From assembly GCF_001194135.2 (NCBI RefSeq), contig NC_068995.1, forward strand, positions 1,036,913-1,100,912: a DNA stretch of 64,000 nt. The letters are read 5' to 3'. Positions 1 to 11,496 of this stretch are shown in pieces. A program made the translations under genes and the position numbers. The notes below the pieces were generated by a model. It ran no database searches, had not been told where the DNA came from, and saw only the letters and a program-made list of their open reading frames with translations. Source of the DNA: Octopus bimaculoides. Its lineage: Eukaryota. Every line of letters begins with the position of its first letter. The first letter of the stretch is position 1.

Positions 1-67
<67 letters not shown>

Positions 68-78
68 CAGGCAGATAG
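1..78 (+). repeat. (AGAT)n tetranucleotide microsatellite
   Basis: Direct reading: uninterrupted AGAT units from base 1, decaying to AGAC/AGAT near 65-80. The same repeat recurs at 2043-2092 next to an N-gap. Confidence 0.95.
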
Positions 79-788
79 ATAGATAAGCAGAGATATACAA
101 ACACACCCCAACCACACATCCGCACTCCCACCCACACAAGCACCCTCCTACATAATACACTCACTTCTATAACGATGTCGTCATCCGAATACTTTCGAAC
201 CCTTGCGAAAATCCTAAACCCCGACTCAAGAGATGGGAATGTCTGTGGTTTCATGTTATTGTTCGGGTCATCCTATCCCTTGTTTTCACTAATGCACAAG
301 CACATACATACCTGGGGGGGTGCGTCTCCTGTTGCACATCCTACATGCTATGACACATCGCAATGTTGTTGATATTGTTGTTGTTTGTTTGTTTGTTTGT
401 TTGTTTGTGGTGGTGGCGGTGGTGGTGGTGGTGTGCATAGTTTGGATCATACTTGGAGTATCTCAGCACGTGAATGTTCTTGTTTAGACAGACAAATAAA
501 CAGAAAGGTAGATGCAGGGATGAAAACGAGGTTTTATATACACACATAAATACACACACACACATACATACCTACATACATACACACACATACACACACA
601 TACACACACATACATACACACACACATACATACATACATACATACATACATACACTTTACAAGAATTCTGAGAGAACGTGAAACATTTCGTTTTTGGTAT
701 ATTTCAAAGTCTTCGATTTTTTCCAAAAGGGATTTTCAACCCAATATTTACATATTATTATTTATATTTTTATAGTATTGCTCACTGA

Positions 789-892
789 AGGTGCATGGCT
801 CAGTGGTTAGAGTGTCGAGCTTACGCTCGTGAGGTTGTGAATTCGATTCCAGGACCGGGCTGCAAGTTGTGTTCTTGAGCAAGACACTTTAT
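789..892 (+). mobile_element. tRNA-derived SINE head plus CORE-like segment (truncated)
   Basis: A-box-like TGGCTCAGTGG, B-box-like GAATTCGATTCC, then TTGTGTTCTTGAGCAAGACACTT resembling the CORE-SINE motif. No acceptor stem, so not a tRNA gene. A degenerate sibling head lies near 50235-50310. Confidence 0.65.
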
Positions 893-2042
893 TTGTTGGG
901 TGGCGATGAATACTTTTATGTTCTGTGAGTTTAAATACGTCTGATTTCTGAAAGACAGAAACAAAGAGGGAAGAATTGACCCAGTGCATCACTGGTACTT
1001 TATTTATCGACCCCGAAAGAATAAACATAAATTTAAGTTAACTTCAGTCAGTTTTGATCTTAAGATGTAAAGAGCTGAAACTAATACCACGAGGCAGATG
1101 TGTGGGGGTGGAGCACACGTGTGTCTGTGTGTACATGCATAAATCTAAGGTCGAAGATACATGCGCGCGCATGTTTTTTGCGCGTGTGTGTGTGTGTGTG
1201 TGTGTGTGTACATGTATGTATGTATGTATGTCTAAACGAGGAGGAGGAAGAAAATACGAGAGAGAGAGAGAGAGCGAGGCCAAATGGAGCTTTTAAATCA
1301 TCTTCAATTAATTTAACTAATTAAATGACATCTTTATTTCCGATACAATGTCTCCTCCTCCCCCAGTCCGCACACACACTTCAAATCCCAACAAATATAT
1401 GTCACTATGTTTGTGTGTATACATAAGCGAGCCAAATTGTAGAGAGAGAGAGAGAGAGAGCTGGCTATATATAATGCATCCGAACCTCCCTAGTTGACAT
1501 ATNNNNNNNNNNNNNNNNNNNNNNNNNNNNNNNNNNNNNNNNNNNNNNNNNNNNNNNNNNNNNNNNNNNNNNNNNNNNNNNNNNNNNNNNNNNNNNNNNN
1601 NNNNNNNNNNNNNNNNNNNNNNNNNNNNNNNNNNNNNNNNNNNNNNNNNNNNNNNNNNNNNNNNNNNNNNNNNNNNNNNNNNNNNNNNNNNNNNNNNNNN
1701 NNNNNNNNNNNNNNNNNNNNNNNNNNNNNNNNNNNNNNNNNNNNNNNNNNNNNNNNNNNNNNNNNNNNNNNNNNNNNNNNNNNNNNNNNNNNNNNNNNNN
1801 NNNNNNNNNNNNNNNNNNNNNNNNNNNNNNNNNNNNNNNNNNNNNNNNNNNNNNNNNNNNNNNNNNNNNNNNNNNNNNNNNNNNNNNNNNNNNNNNNNNN
1901 NNNNNNNNNNNNNNNNNNNNNNNNNNNNNNNNNNNNNNNNNNNNNNNNNNNNNNNNNNNNNNNNNNNNNNNNNNNNNNNNNNNNNNNNNNNNNNNNNNNN
2001 NNNNNNNNNNNNNNNNNNNNNNNNNNNNNNNNNNNNNNNNNN

Positions 2043-2091
<49 letters not shown>

Positions 2092-2124
2092 ATAGAGAGA
2101 TTGATAGATTGCCCATCGGCTGGA

Positions 2125-2450
2125 ACTATACAATAAGATTCTTCTTCTTCTCACGTCCGTTCATATTCCTGTTGACAGTTAGGCCGTCATCCCTGTATAA
2201 GCCTGCTTCTAAAAACAGTCTTCTATTTGTAAATGTTGTGTATAAACCCATAAGCGCGCATTAATTCTGCTCCATCGTACGTGACCATCGGCACATCGAA
2301 CAAAGGAACTTGACCCAGGCTGAGTCGTTGTCAAAAAACAAAGATGTCCTGGCGTACGGGATGTTGTCGCTGTCTGTGTCGCTTACCACTCAACAAAATC
2401 AAGTGTTTTAAGCAGTAGCGGGAAGGTTATCACTTTTTCATAGAATTCAT
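2125..2450 (-). mobile_element. Penelope-like retroelement reverse transcriptase fragment (frameshifted)
   Basis: Manual minus-strand translation gives EFYEK..LLKTLDF, YARTSLFFDNDSAWVK, LFDVPMVTYDGAE and GLYRDDGLTV, matching PLE RT motifs (EFY, FDVxMGSYDGAE, YRDDGL). Broken by frameshifts and absent from the ORF track. Confidence 0.75.
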
Positions 2451-5206
2451 ATATATTTGTACTCTGCAAAATTAATAGAGTTCTGCATCAGATGATCTGA
2501 CCTTTTTTTTTACTTTGGTACGTAGATTATCGATATCCATTTGTTAAACAGCTAAATTACTGGTCATAAACTAAACAACAACAGTGGTACACCAGCATGG
2601 CCACAGTCAGATGACTAATCTTAAAGAATAGCGTACACTCACACACACACACACATGCATTCACACACAGATACATAGTATATCTGTAAATATAAGTTCC
2701 ACAAAGCAGCGTTATGATGCTCGAGTACACTCGAACGTGTGAAGACCCACCGCTACGAAAGTAGTCCCCTTCGAGACGAGCTTCTAAAATATGACTCTAC
2801 TTGAATAGATTTTATTCAATGCGTCTTCAAAATTATTGTGCTTTTGCCAGTGAATTTGTGAAAAGGTGACAAGAATGGTTGGAGTAAATGGATTCACTCT
2901 GAGTTTATGTTCATGTTTTCTACACTTCAGCAATGAATGACAACTACGGTTACGGCGTCCGCGCTATCCAACGCGCTTGCTCCCTCAAGTTGGGCATTGG
3001 TCAAACTTGCAAGTTGGACTTTTGGGCCGCAGGTAGAAACAGTAATTTGCCTACTGAAGTTTTTAGGGCCGACCGTTGGGTAGGGTTAGCATTTGTGTGG
3101 GAGCATGGTGAACTCGTTGGTCGTGCAACCCACCCCGAATGAATGGCGCTGCATGTACAAGCACCTATATTAAGTGTGCGTCTGTAGATTTGGACAAGGA
3201 TTTGTTCCTTTGACGATTAGAGTAAATCTGGCTCCTTGGGATTCCTGCATGGGTTCAGGTTGCAGAATCTCCTTTATCAAGAAAGCTACATCATTCATAC
3301 ATCCACATGTGTTGTGCATTATCCATACTTTTATCGCATTTCACTGTTTTTTGTCTTTCGTTCCATCTTTTATGTAAACCCACGCACAAATTGTAACCGG
3401 TCCTTGTAATGTCTCTCGCATCTCTACCCCTATGGCACCTGAAAGAAACCATCATCATCATCATCATCACTACCGTTGCTGTTGTTGTTGTTGTTATCAA
3501 GTTGTTGTGGGATGACATCCCTCAACATTTCAATGTCCTCCCCTCCTCTCCCCCGCTCGCCCTGACTGGTGAGGTTGACGTGGTTGTTGTTGTTCAGCTT
3601 AAAGCTTCTGGAAACCAATTTTTGCGGGGTTCGNNNNNNNNNNNNNNNNNNNNNNNNNNNNNNNNNNNNNNNNNGGGGGGGGGGGGAAGACACACGGCGG
3701 AGGTGGTGGGGAGCGTGTGGGCGGAAAAAAGAATTCCAGGGTTCCACAGTTATGAAAGGGAAAGATTTGTCAACGTGGGGCGGGGTGGGGGAGAGGATTG
3801 GTAAAGTTTGGTGATTATACAGACGTTGAGTAAGGGGTGGAGTAAGAGTCGGGTTAATCTGTTGGATTTGGGACTGAATTACACACAACATAGCAATGAA
3901 GTTACGAAGAGAACGACATAGGAAGGAGAGAAGCGAGGAAGAGAGGCGGAAAACGATGGATCGAGAAAAAGAGTGTTTCTTTTTGTTGCTGTTGTTGTTG
4001 CCAGAGTTGCTCTTCTTGTTGTTCTTGTTCTTGTTCTGGTTGTCCAACTGATATATATTATCAAAGGCGTTCCAGCCCTGACCACTCCATAAACGCAAGG
4101 AACCTAAAGAACCGGTAGAGTGCGTGAGTTGAGTGCCACTTGGTTACTATTTCTAGCCGGTCAAGTGTTTATATCCAGGCTCCCTTGTTGCCCCAGTTGG
4201 TTTGAGTGTTGGTGGATCAAAAATAGAAAGAATATATATATACTTATACGTGAGTGTGTGTGTTTATATGTATGTGCATATATATATATATANNNNNNNN
4301 NNNNNNNNNNNNNNNNNNNNNNNNNNNNNNNNNNNNNNNNNNNNNNNNNNNNNNNNNNNNNNNNNNNNNNNNNNNNNNNNNNNNNNNNNNNNNNNNNNNN
4401 NNNNNNNNNNNNNNNNNNNNNNNNNNNNNNNNNNNNNNNNNNNNNNNNNNNNNNNNNNNNNNNNNNNNNNNNNNNNNNNNNNNNNNNNNNNNNNNNNNNN
4501 NNNNNNNNNNNNNNNNNNNNNNNNNNNNNNNNNNNNNNNNNNNNNNNNNNNNNNNNNNNNNNNNNNNNNNNNNNNNNNNNNNNNNNNNNNNNNNNNNNNN
4601 NNNNNNNNNNNNNNNNNNNNNNNNNNNNNNNNNNNNNNNNNNNNNNNNNNNNNNNNNNNNNNNNNNNNNNNNNNNNNNNNNNNNNNNNNNNNNNNNNNNN
4701 NNNNNNNNNNNNNNNNNNNNNNNNNNNNNNNNNNNNNNNNNNNNNNNNNNNNNNNNNNNNNNNNNNNNNNNNNNNNNNNNNNNNNNNNNNNNNNNNNNNN
4801 NNNNNNNNNNNNNNNNNNNNNNNNNNNNNNNNNNNNNNNNNNNNNNNNNNNNNNNNNNNNNNNNNNNNNNNNNNNNNNNNNNNNNNNNNNNNNNNNNNNN
4901 NNNNNNNNNNNNNNNNNNNNNNNNNNNNNNNNNNNNNNNNNNNNNNNNNNNNNNNNNNNNAGGAGGAGGAGGAGGAGGAATTTTGATATTGCTATGAAAA
5001 GAAAGGAACAGAAAGAGAGAGAGAGAGAGAGACTTGCGAAAGAAACGGAGAAAGAGTGAGAAGAAAGAGGAAATGCGTGAGTGGAAGAGAGAAGGAGTCA
5101 CATAGAGAGACAGAGAGAGAAGGAGAGAGAGACAGAGAGATTGGAGTGAGGGAAACAATGACATCTATAAAGGAAGTCGTTGTCAGTTTGAATAAGTTTC
5201 GACAAA

Positions 5207-5216
5207 CAAGATGGCG
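5207..5216 (+). promoter_or_regulatory. YY1-like motif CAAGATGGCG in a CpG-rich region
   Basis: Matches the core of the YY1 consensus CAAGATGGCGGC. A GGAAGT ETS-like core lies 35 bp upstream and a CpG-rich tract at 5420-5500. No transcript assigned. Confidence 0.3.
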
Positions 5217-6145
5217 ACGATTAACCTAATTTAACGTTAATTTCAAAATCAAAACTAACAATGTTGTAAACGATCTCTCTCTCTCTCTCTCTCTCTCTTT
5301 AAGTCTCTCCCGAGAGAGAAGGAGAGAGCGAGATGGGGAGGGCAATATTGTACTCAATATCGTAGTAAAAATATAGTTGTCTATTTTAGTTGGTCCAGAT
5401 TAAGAGGCCACTGGAACAGGTCGTGTGCGCGCGCGTGTGTGCGAAGGCGCGGGGTTCTAGTGATTAGGGTACCGCACTCACGGTCCGAAGTTCGCGTATT
5501 CGATAGTCTTCTCATAGAGTGATACATTGATATGTATACATGTGTGTGTGCGTGCGTAAGAGAACAGGCGAATGAGTCACCTGGTACAATTGCTATAACT
5601 GCTTCGTTGGGTGTCTTTATTGTGACGTAAGCATAATACAATGGATTAGATCGTGTAATACGTTACGTGACTCCCAACTCATCAGGCTACCAAATAAACA
5701 AGTGAGCAATGACTTGTCAATTAATCAACCAATCATGAACGAGTGCAATCTCTAATCAGAATTACCAGCCTTTAAGAAATTTAAAAGTGGTTGTGTCCCC
5801 AATCTAGAGCGGTGGATACTGGAATAGGATCGTAAATATAAGGACAGTTAAAGGCATTAACATCCTAATGAAGTTGTTCATCCCAGCGAACTAACCAACA
5901 AAGGCCATTTGTGACAGAATTTACTCGGATACAGAAGATTGTAGGCGCCATGCTTGACATTTGACCCAATCAAAACAGGTTTAAAGGAATCTGTCAATTC
6001 TGTTCTAAAAGTCATTTATTGTACTTTAAAATCAGCGGTAATGGTTTATGCATTTAATTAAGCTTGATAACATTGTTCTGAATGAAAACTGACCGAACTA
6101 ATACATTATTAGCATCATTTAATGAAGATGCTGCTAATTATAATA

Positions 6146-6260
6146 CAGGAACAAGAAGAATTTAGGGCAAACGCGCGGCACCTCAAAAGCGCAGCTCCTC
6201 CAGAATTTCGCAGAGCACTTAGCTAATCTGTGCTTTCGCCTTGAATTCTTCTTTTCCCTG
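6146..6260. mobile_element. 115-bp Tc1/mariner-type MITE
   Basis: Terminal inverted repeats CAGGAACAAGAAGAATTTAGGGCAAA / TTCGCCTTGAATTCTTCTTTTCCCTG (21 of 26 match), flanked by TA on both sides (6144-6145 and 6261-6262). Confidence 0.6.
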
Positions 6261-7769
6261 TATTCTCTTGGTTCGGTAATATTCCTTCAGAACACTTCAT
6301 TCACAACACCACCACCCCGACAACAACGTCGCAATAACAATGCAGTTTATAGCAGAATCCTCTTGGTAGCCGGTCGACTGCATCCGCGACTCTTTTCCGG
6401 GCTTGTGTGTATAGAGGGAAATAGAGAAGAAGAAATCCCCAAGCCAGAGCCCTGGACCTAACGTTTGCAATAAAGGGTTTTCTTAAATGACCCGAAAGGA
6501 ATCAGATGGCAATGCTTGACTTACGATGCGTTTCAAAGGAAAGATCCCTTCAATGGGATTCTGCGAAGATCCCGTCTACCAAACTTCCCTCACAAGACTT
6601 TAATCGAAATGAGTATACGATGGAAGAAACTTGTCGAAGGTACCGAGGGTACATAAATCGTGATTTCGCATGTATTATGGACTAACATAGAGCAGGGGTC
6701 ACAATGGATCGAGGGCAACACAAGTCGTGCTAAGTTTCTGCTATCCATGTCTATGAAACGAAATGCATCGACCCGTAATACCAAAATGCCGGGTCATTAG
6801 TTACGATGTGATTTGTGTGACCAAAACAGCGCGAAAGACTTTTTAACTCAAATTTGTTAAGCTGTGAATAAATTCAGGCCTTTCTAAGAAAGTGGAGATG
6901 GGCGAAATTTAAGGGACATTTGACTGTTATCTCAAGCATGTCGAGCGACTACTCAGGTCGAGGTGTAAATAAATGCCACAGGTAAGTACAGCTGCTGAAA
7001 CTTAAGTTACAGAAGATCTGCCGAATTAAGGAATTTTAAATTTCTTCAAGGCAGGAAATAAGGAATTCAAAGAGATTATGGAGATTAGGAGAGATTAGGA
7101 AGTTGTAGAGACAGCAGATAATTCCAGATGAATGAGGAAGAGAGTGTTTTGAGCCAAAGATAGATACCAGACGTCTTTGCTGATGAAATCCAGGTAAAAA
7201 TAGGAGTTGAAGGGAGAATGGATTCTCCGACAACAAAAACAAAGTAAAGGGGCGGGGTGGCATAAAAACGTAACTGAGACAGTAGAAAGCGTAGAGAAAG
7301 AGCCGGTTTCTAACCTAGATCCAAGATCAAATACTGGGGTCGATTTGTTCGACTAAAACCCTTCAAGTCAGTGCCCCAGCATGGCCGCATTCCATTGACT
7401 GAAACAAGTACAACGAAGAAAGAAAGAAACAAACGAAGAAAACTTAAATTAACGAACAAATTGATTTTCAAGGGAAGTAACTCTTTCCATTTACCTAAGT
7501 TTTATAGCTAAAGTTTTCTACCCTGAAAACAAACCCACCTAGGTGAATAGTTTAAACTTCCGTTTCGCAATTACAAGGACCCGAGTTCGATTTCATCATG
7601 TGGCATCTTGAGCAAATCTTACTAATCATTATTTCATGCCGACATAAGCTTTTTACAACAAAATTGGGTAAATAGAAACTGTGCGGAATCCTGTCGGATG
7701 GGGTTTATTTGTACTCTATTGCTAGAACCTTGTCTGAAAAATAGTGTCATTTAATCCTGCCTGAAAATT

Positions 7770-7882
7770 CTTTTCTAATCTAGGCACAAGGCCCAAAATT
7801 TTAGGAGAAGTGGTCAGTCGATTAGATTGACTCCAGTATGCAACTGGTACTTAATTTATCAACCCCGAAAGGATGAAAGGCA
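7770..7882 (-). mobile_element. 3' half of short tRNA-head SINE (family B)
   Basis: Reverse complement matches the 3' half of the full copy at 57919-58120 (GCCTTTCATCCTTTCGGGG..AAGTACCAGTTGCATA..CCTTGTGCCTAGA). It ends abruptly at the Penelope fragment. Confidence 0.85.
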
Positions 7883-7884
7883 GT

Positions 7885-8350
7885 TTGATGTGTCCTAGCA
7901 TATGTGCTACTTCTTTTAGTTTTCGTATTTTCCAGTGGTGTTCTCTGTCTATTATTTTAAATTCATCCCACAGGGGGAGGTGGTCTCCATTTTTCCATGC
8001 ATGATCAACTATACCCGATTTATCAATATCTCCCCGTGTCATAGCTTTGCGATGTTCCTCTACCCTTATTTTGAGGGGGCGACATGTTTCGCCTTTGTAT
8101 AACCTACCACAGCTACATGGGATGGAGTACACACAGTTCTTAGTCATATTCTCTTCTATTGGTGGTTTTACTCGAAGGAGATATTTGCGAAGTGTTGTAT
8201 TACCCTTGAATACTGTCCTGATGTCATATGGGCCGCATATCTTTTGTATCTTTTCGGAGAGGCCTTTCACATAGGGTAGACAGTGGACAGTTTATCGGTT
8301 TCATCCTCTCTTTTCTTCATAATTGGCGTGGAGAGTATGCTTTTGGGGTA
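7885..8350 (-). mobile_element. Penelope-like element C-terminal GIY-YIG endonuclease fragment
   Basis: ORF 7851..8270: (PYV)KGLSEKIQKIC..IRTVFK..KNCVYSIPCSCGRLYKGETCRPLKIRVEEH..SGIVDHAW..KIIDREHHWKIRKLKE, the typical PLE GIY-YIG layout (VY-x-IPC..Y-x-GET..R..EH). YPKSI lies upstream near 8350. Confidence 0.9.
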
Positions 8351-9548
8351 GTTATTACTTAATAGATTGTTAATGAGCTTAATAGATTAATAGCCTTAAC
8401 TCTATTANNNNNNNNNNNNNNNNNNNNNNNNNNNNNNNNNNNNNNNNNNNNNNNNNNNNNNNNNNNNNNNNNNNNNNNNNNNNNNNNNNNNNNNNNNNNN
8501 NNNNNNNNNNNNNNNNNNNNNNNNNNNNNNNNNNNNNNNNNNNNNNNNNNNNNNNNNNNNNNNNNNNNNNNNNNNNNNNNNNNNNNNNNNNNNNNNNNNN
8601 NNNNNNNNNNNNNNNNNNNNNNNNNNNNNNNNNNNNNNNNNNNNNNNNNNNNNNNNNNNNNNNNNNNNNNNNNNNNNNNNNNNNNNNNNNNNNNNNNNNN
8701 NNNNNNNNNNNNNNNNNNNNNNNNNNNNNNNNNNNNNNNNNNNNNNNNNNNNNNNNNNNNNNNNNNNNNNNNNNNNNNNNNNNNNNNNNNNNNNNNNNNN
8801 NNNNNNNNNNNNNNNNNNNNNNNNNNNNNNNNNNNNNNNNNNNNNNNNNNNNNNNNNNNNNNNNNNNNNNNNNNNNNNNNNNNNNNNNNNNNNNNNNNNN
8901 NNNNNNNNNNNNNNNNNNNNNNNNNNNNNNNNNNNNNNNNNNNNNNNNNNNNNNNNNNNNNNNNNNNNNNNNNNNNNNNNNNNNNNNNNNNNNNNNNNNN
9001 NNNNNNNNNCGGTCCTAAAGTATTTTTATTTATTGACAGCAAACCACAGTATCCATAGATCAGAACTGGGTTGCTAGACTCATGAGGCCCCTGCGCAACT
9101 GCCTTGTGGTGCCCACCATCAACCACTTCCGCCAGAAGATGAGCCTACGAAACTAGAAATATTATTACTGTTGGACTTGAGTATTTTATTACAAACTACA
9201 TGGGAGTCCTGCGAGGACATAGAGGAAAAGGTTTATTAAGAAAAGGACGACGACGACGACGATGATATTGATCAGAAAAAATAGGTTTAATAATAGAGAA
9301 TCGAACTTTTATAGGTAAGTTGAAATACTCTTTTCTTAATAAATACCGAAGTGTGAGAGGTAAATTATTAGTTATTAAAAGGAACATCTTAGTCACTTCC
9401 ATCAGCATCACCATCATCATCACCACCACCACCACCACCGCTATCAACATCATTACTTTCGAGCGAACGACTGGGACCTGCAAATGTTAAAGGCACCGCC
9501 CCTTCCTCAAGATTCAGCAAAGAAAAGACAATTTTAAAAAGTAAAAAA

Positions 9549-9676
9549 TATCATCATCATCATCAACATCATCATCATCAACATCATCATCATCAACATC
9601 ATCATCATCAACATCATCATCATCAACATCATCATCATCAACATCATCATCATCAACATCATCATCATCAACATCA
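9549..9676 (+). repeat. Higher-order repeat [(CAT)4CAA] x about 8
   Basis: Direct reading: 15-bp period with a CAA variant every fifth triplet. Confidence 0.9.
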
Positions 9677-9906
9677 CCAACACTCGACCCCCATCAGCGG
9701 CAGCAGCAGTGTTACCGTTATCATCATTTGAAGCTATTTAGATCGAAGCGAAGAACGATAAAGACCCAAACAACAACGGTAAAAGATATATAATCTGAAA
9801 ATAAAGACGAATAAAATAAACATAGCGTCAACATAAACAAGTACGAGAAACAATGAACAAATAAATAAACAATAAATGAACAGTTCACAAAAAATCTGAT
9901 CGTTAA

Positions 9907-9945
9907 CCGGAAGTAGATGTTGAATTCTCTGCCCCTGAATCCAAT
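9907..9945. promoter_or_regulatory. Candidate housekeeping promoter (ETS site CCGGAAGT plus CCAAT box), possibly of CNPY2
   Basis: CCGGAAGT at 9907-9914 and CCAAT at 9941-9945 in a CpG-containing patch. A strong donor GAG|GTAAGT at 10151/10152 could end a non-coding first exon. Confidence 0.4.
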
Positions 9946-11043
9946 CAGTTTTGGCCACGCCGAGGTAGGACAGGATTTCGCTTAACGTACCAAACACACA
10001 CACACACACTGCTCAGTTGCTGTATATATATATATAAGAGATAGATATATATATATATATACTGTTGTATGTATATATAAATTAATATATATGTATATAG
10101 ATATACATATACAGAAGCGGCTTTCTTCTTAAGTTATTTATTTATTTTGAGGTAAGTATTAAATATCGCTTATAAATTAATACAGTTGTCATCCACCTTT
10201 CAATATTTATATATGTGTATATATATAAATATAAATATTTATAAATATATGTAGATGTGTGTGTGTGTGTGTATTTCATGTTTATCATTCTCTGCAATCT
10301 AAATGTATAATTATTTATTTCTGTTGACACTTTTCGGTGTCGGGTTTCGTCGCTTCTCTGTCAGTTTCACAATCTGAATGAAATCTATATAAATGTGTGT
10401 GTTTAAAATTGTTTAACCCCAAAACAAGGCAAGTTAAAAAGGAGATTTCAATATCTTATATATAGATAGATATGTGTGTATGTGTGAGACTCATGAAAAA
10501 AATATATGTACGACAGTTGGATGGATGAGACAGGTAGATATAGGTGAGTTGCTGGACAGATAGATGGACGGGCTGGCTAATTGAGAAGCAGATATAGTTA
10601 GATAGACGTTTTATTAAACTAGGAAACAGATACATCAGCGGACAGACAGACAGATGTGAGACGCACGGCTTGATTAGATAGATTGGTAGATAGATAAAAA
10701 AAAAAGACGAATGTCAAACTCGGCAGAGAGAGACGATCCAAACACCAGCAAGCTCACCTTAACATCTTAACAAAGGAAGCATGCATCAGATTAATGTAGT
10801 CCAAGATACATTAGGTCAGATGCAAGTAAGATAGGATAGTCTTGTCTCATTTGGTTATAGAGTTAATAGATAAAGACTGAGTTTAAACAAGTGACAAAGT
10901 CGGAGATATTGTCTTTCTGACAGGTTAGAAGGATCGAATCTTGACAGAGTCAGTCTTGTATTTTATTCCAATGTCATTCATTTCGTCATCATCACCATTA
11001 TTGAAATCCACTTTTCCATGCTGATTTTAACGTTTGACAATAT

Positions 11044-11172
11044 CTAAGTCTCAGTTCTTGTAGGCAGCATTTTGGGTGTTATGCCAAGTGCACCAATTAT
11101 CAAAGGAATAATTTTCACATGTCTCTTCCACAGTTTCTCCATTTCTCTATCTCGTTCCTCGTTTTCAACATC
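11044..11172 (-). mobile_element. Restriction-like-endonuclease (R4/Dong/NeSL-type) non-LTR retrotransposon C-terminal fragment
   Basis: ORF 11044..11466 ends EMEKLWKRHVKIIPLIIGALGITPKML, matching the LW..V.VIP.VIGALG motif of REL-clade elements. Confidence 0.65.
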
Positions 11173-11378
11173 ATTTAACGTCCGTGTTCCTTGCTGGCAT
11201 GGGTTGGATGGTTTGACAGGAACCATTTGTGTCCAAGAATTACATTGAGTTCCAAGAGGTAAACTAGCAGAATCATTAGCACATTGGCCAAAATGCTTAG
11301 TGTTGTTTCTTCCAGGTCTTTCCTCTCTGGGTTCAAACCCTGCCAATGCCTTGTAATAAAATCTTAATTTAATTGTAG

Positions 11379-11496
11379 ATGCAGTGTTCACCATCAAGGC
11401 TGCTGTGGCCAGTGTCCATATTCTTGTCTCTGCTACTACTTCTACTTCTCTCAGCGGTTGAGGCAAAGTCCAACATTGAAGAAATGAAGTGTGCAG
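11379..11496 (+). CDS. CNPY2: Canopy homolog 2-like protein, coding exon 1 (signal peptide)
   Basis: ATG at 11379 directly after TTGTAG. Translates MQCSPSRLLWPVSIFLSLLLLLLLSAVEAKSNIEEMKCA+G (hydrophobic signal peptide, AVEA cleavage-like site, first saposin Cys). Donor G|GTAAG, phase 1, fits the next exon. Not in the ORF track. Confidence 0.85.

Noticed and set aside
789-870. Possible tRNA gene
   Set aside because: A/B boxes are present but there is no acceptor-stem pairing and it continues into a CORE-like SINE body. The same holds for all other GTTCAAATCC-type hits.
341-1324. Short ORFs rich in CV/HT/YI/RE dipeptides (also 35477-35934, 53172-54095, 58057-58374)
   Set aside because: Translations of (CA)n, (TA)n, (GA)n and (CATA)n microsatellites with no protein motifs.
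2933-3142. 69-aa ORF with flanking AG/GT signals
   Set aside because: No recognisable homology in any frame and no partner exons. Left unassigned.
1465-9126. Long ORFs of 186-306 aa spanning X runs
   Set aside because: They are open only because N-gaps contain no stop codons.
10326-10341. GACAC-TTTTCG-GTGTC hairpin with nearby CTGACAGA..GAAAC on minus
   Set aside because: Only a 5-bp stem, the core does not fit CUGANGA, and terminator logic does not apply in eukaryotic DNA.
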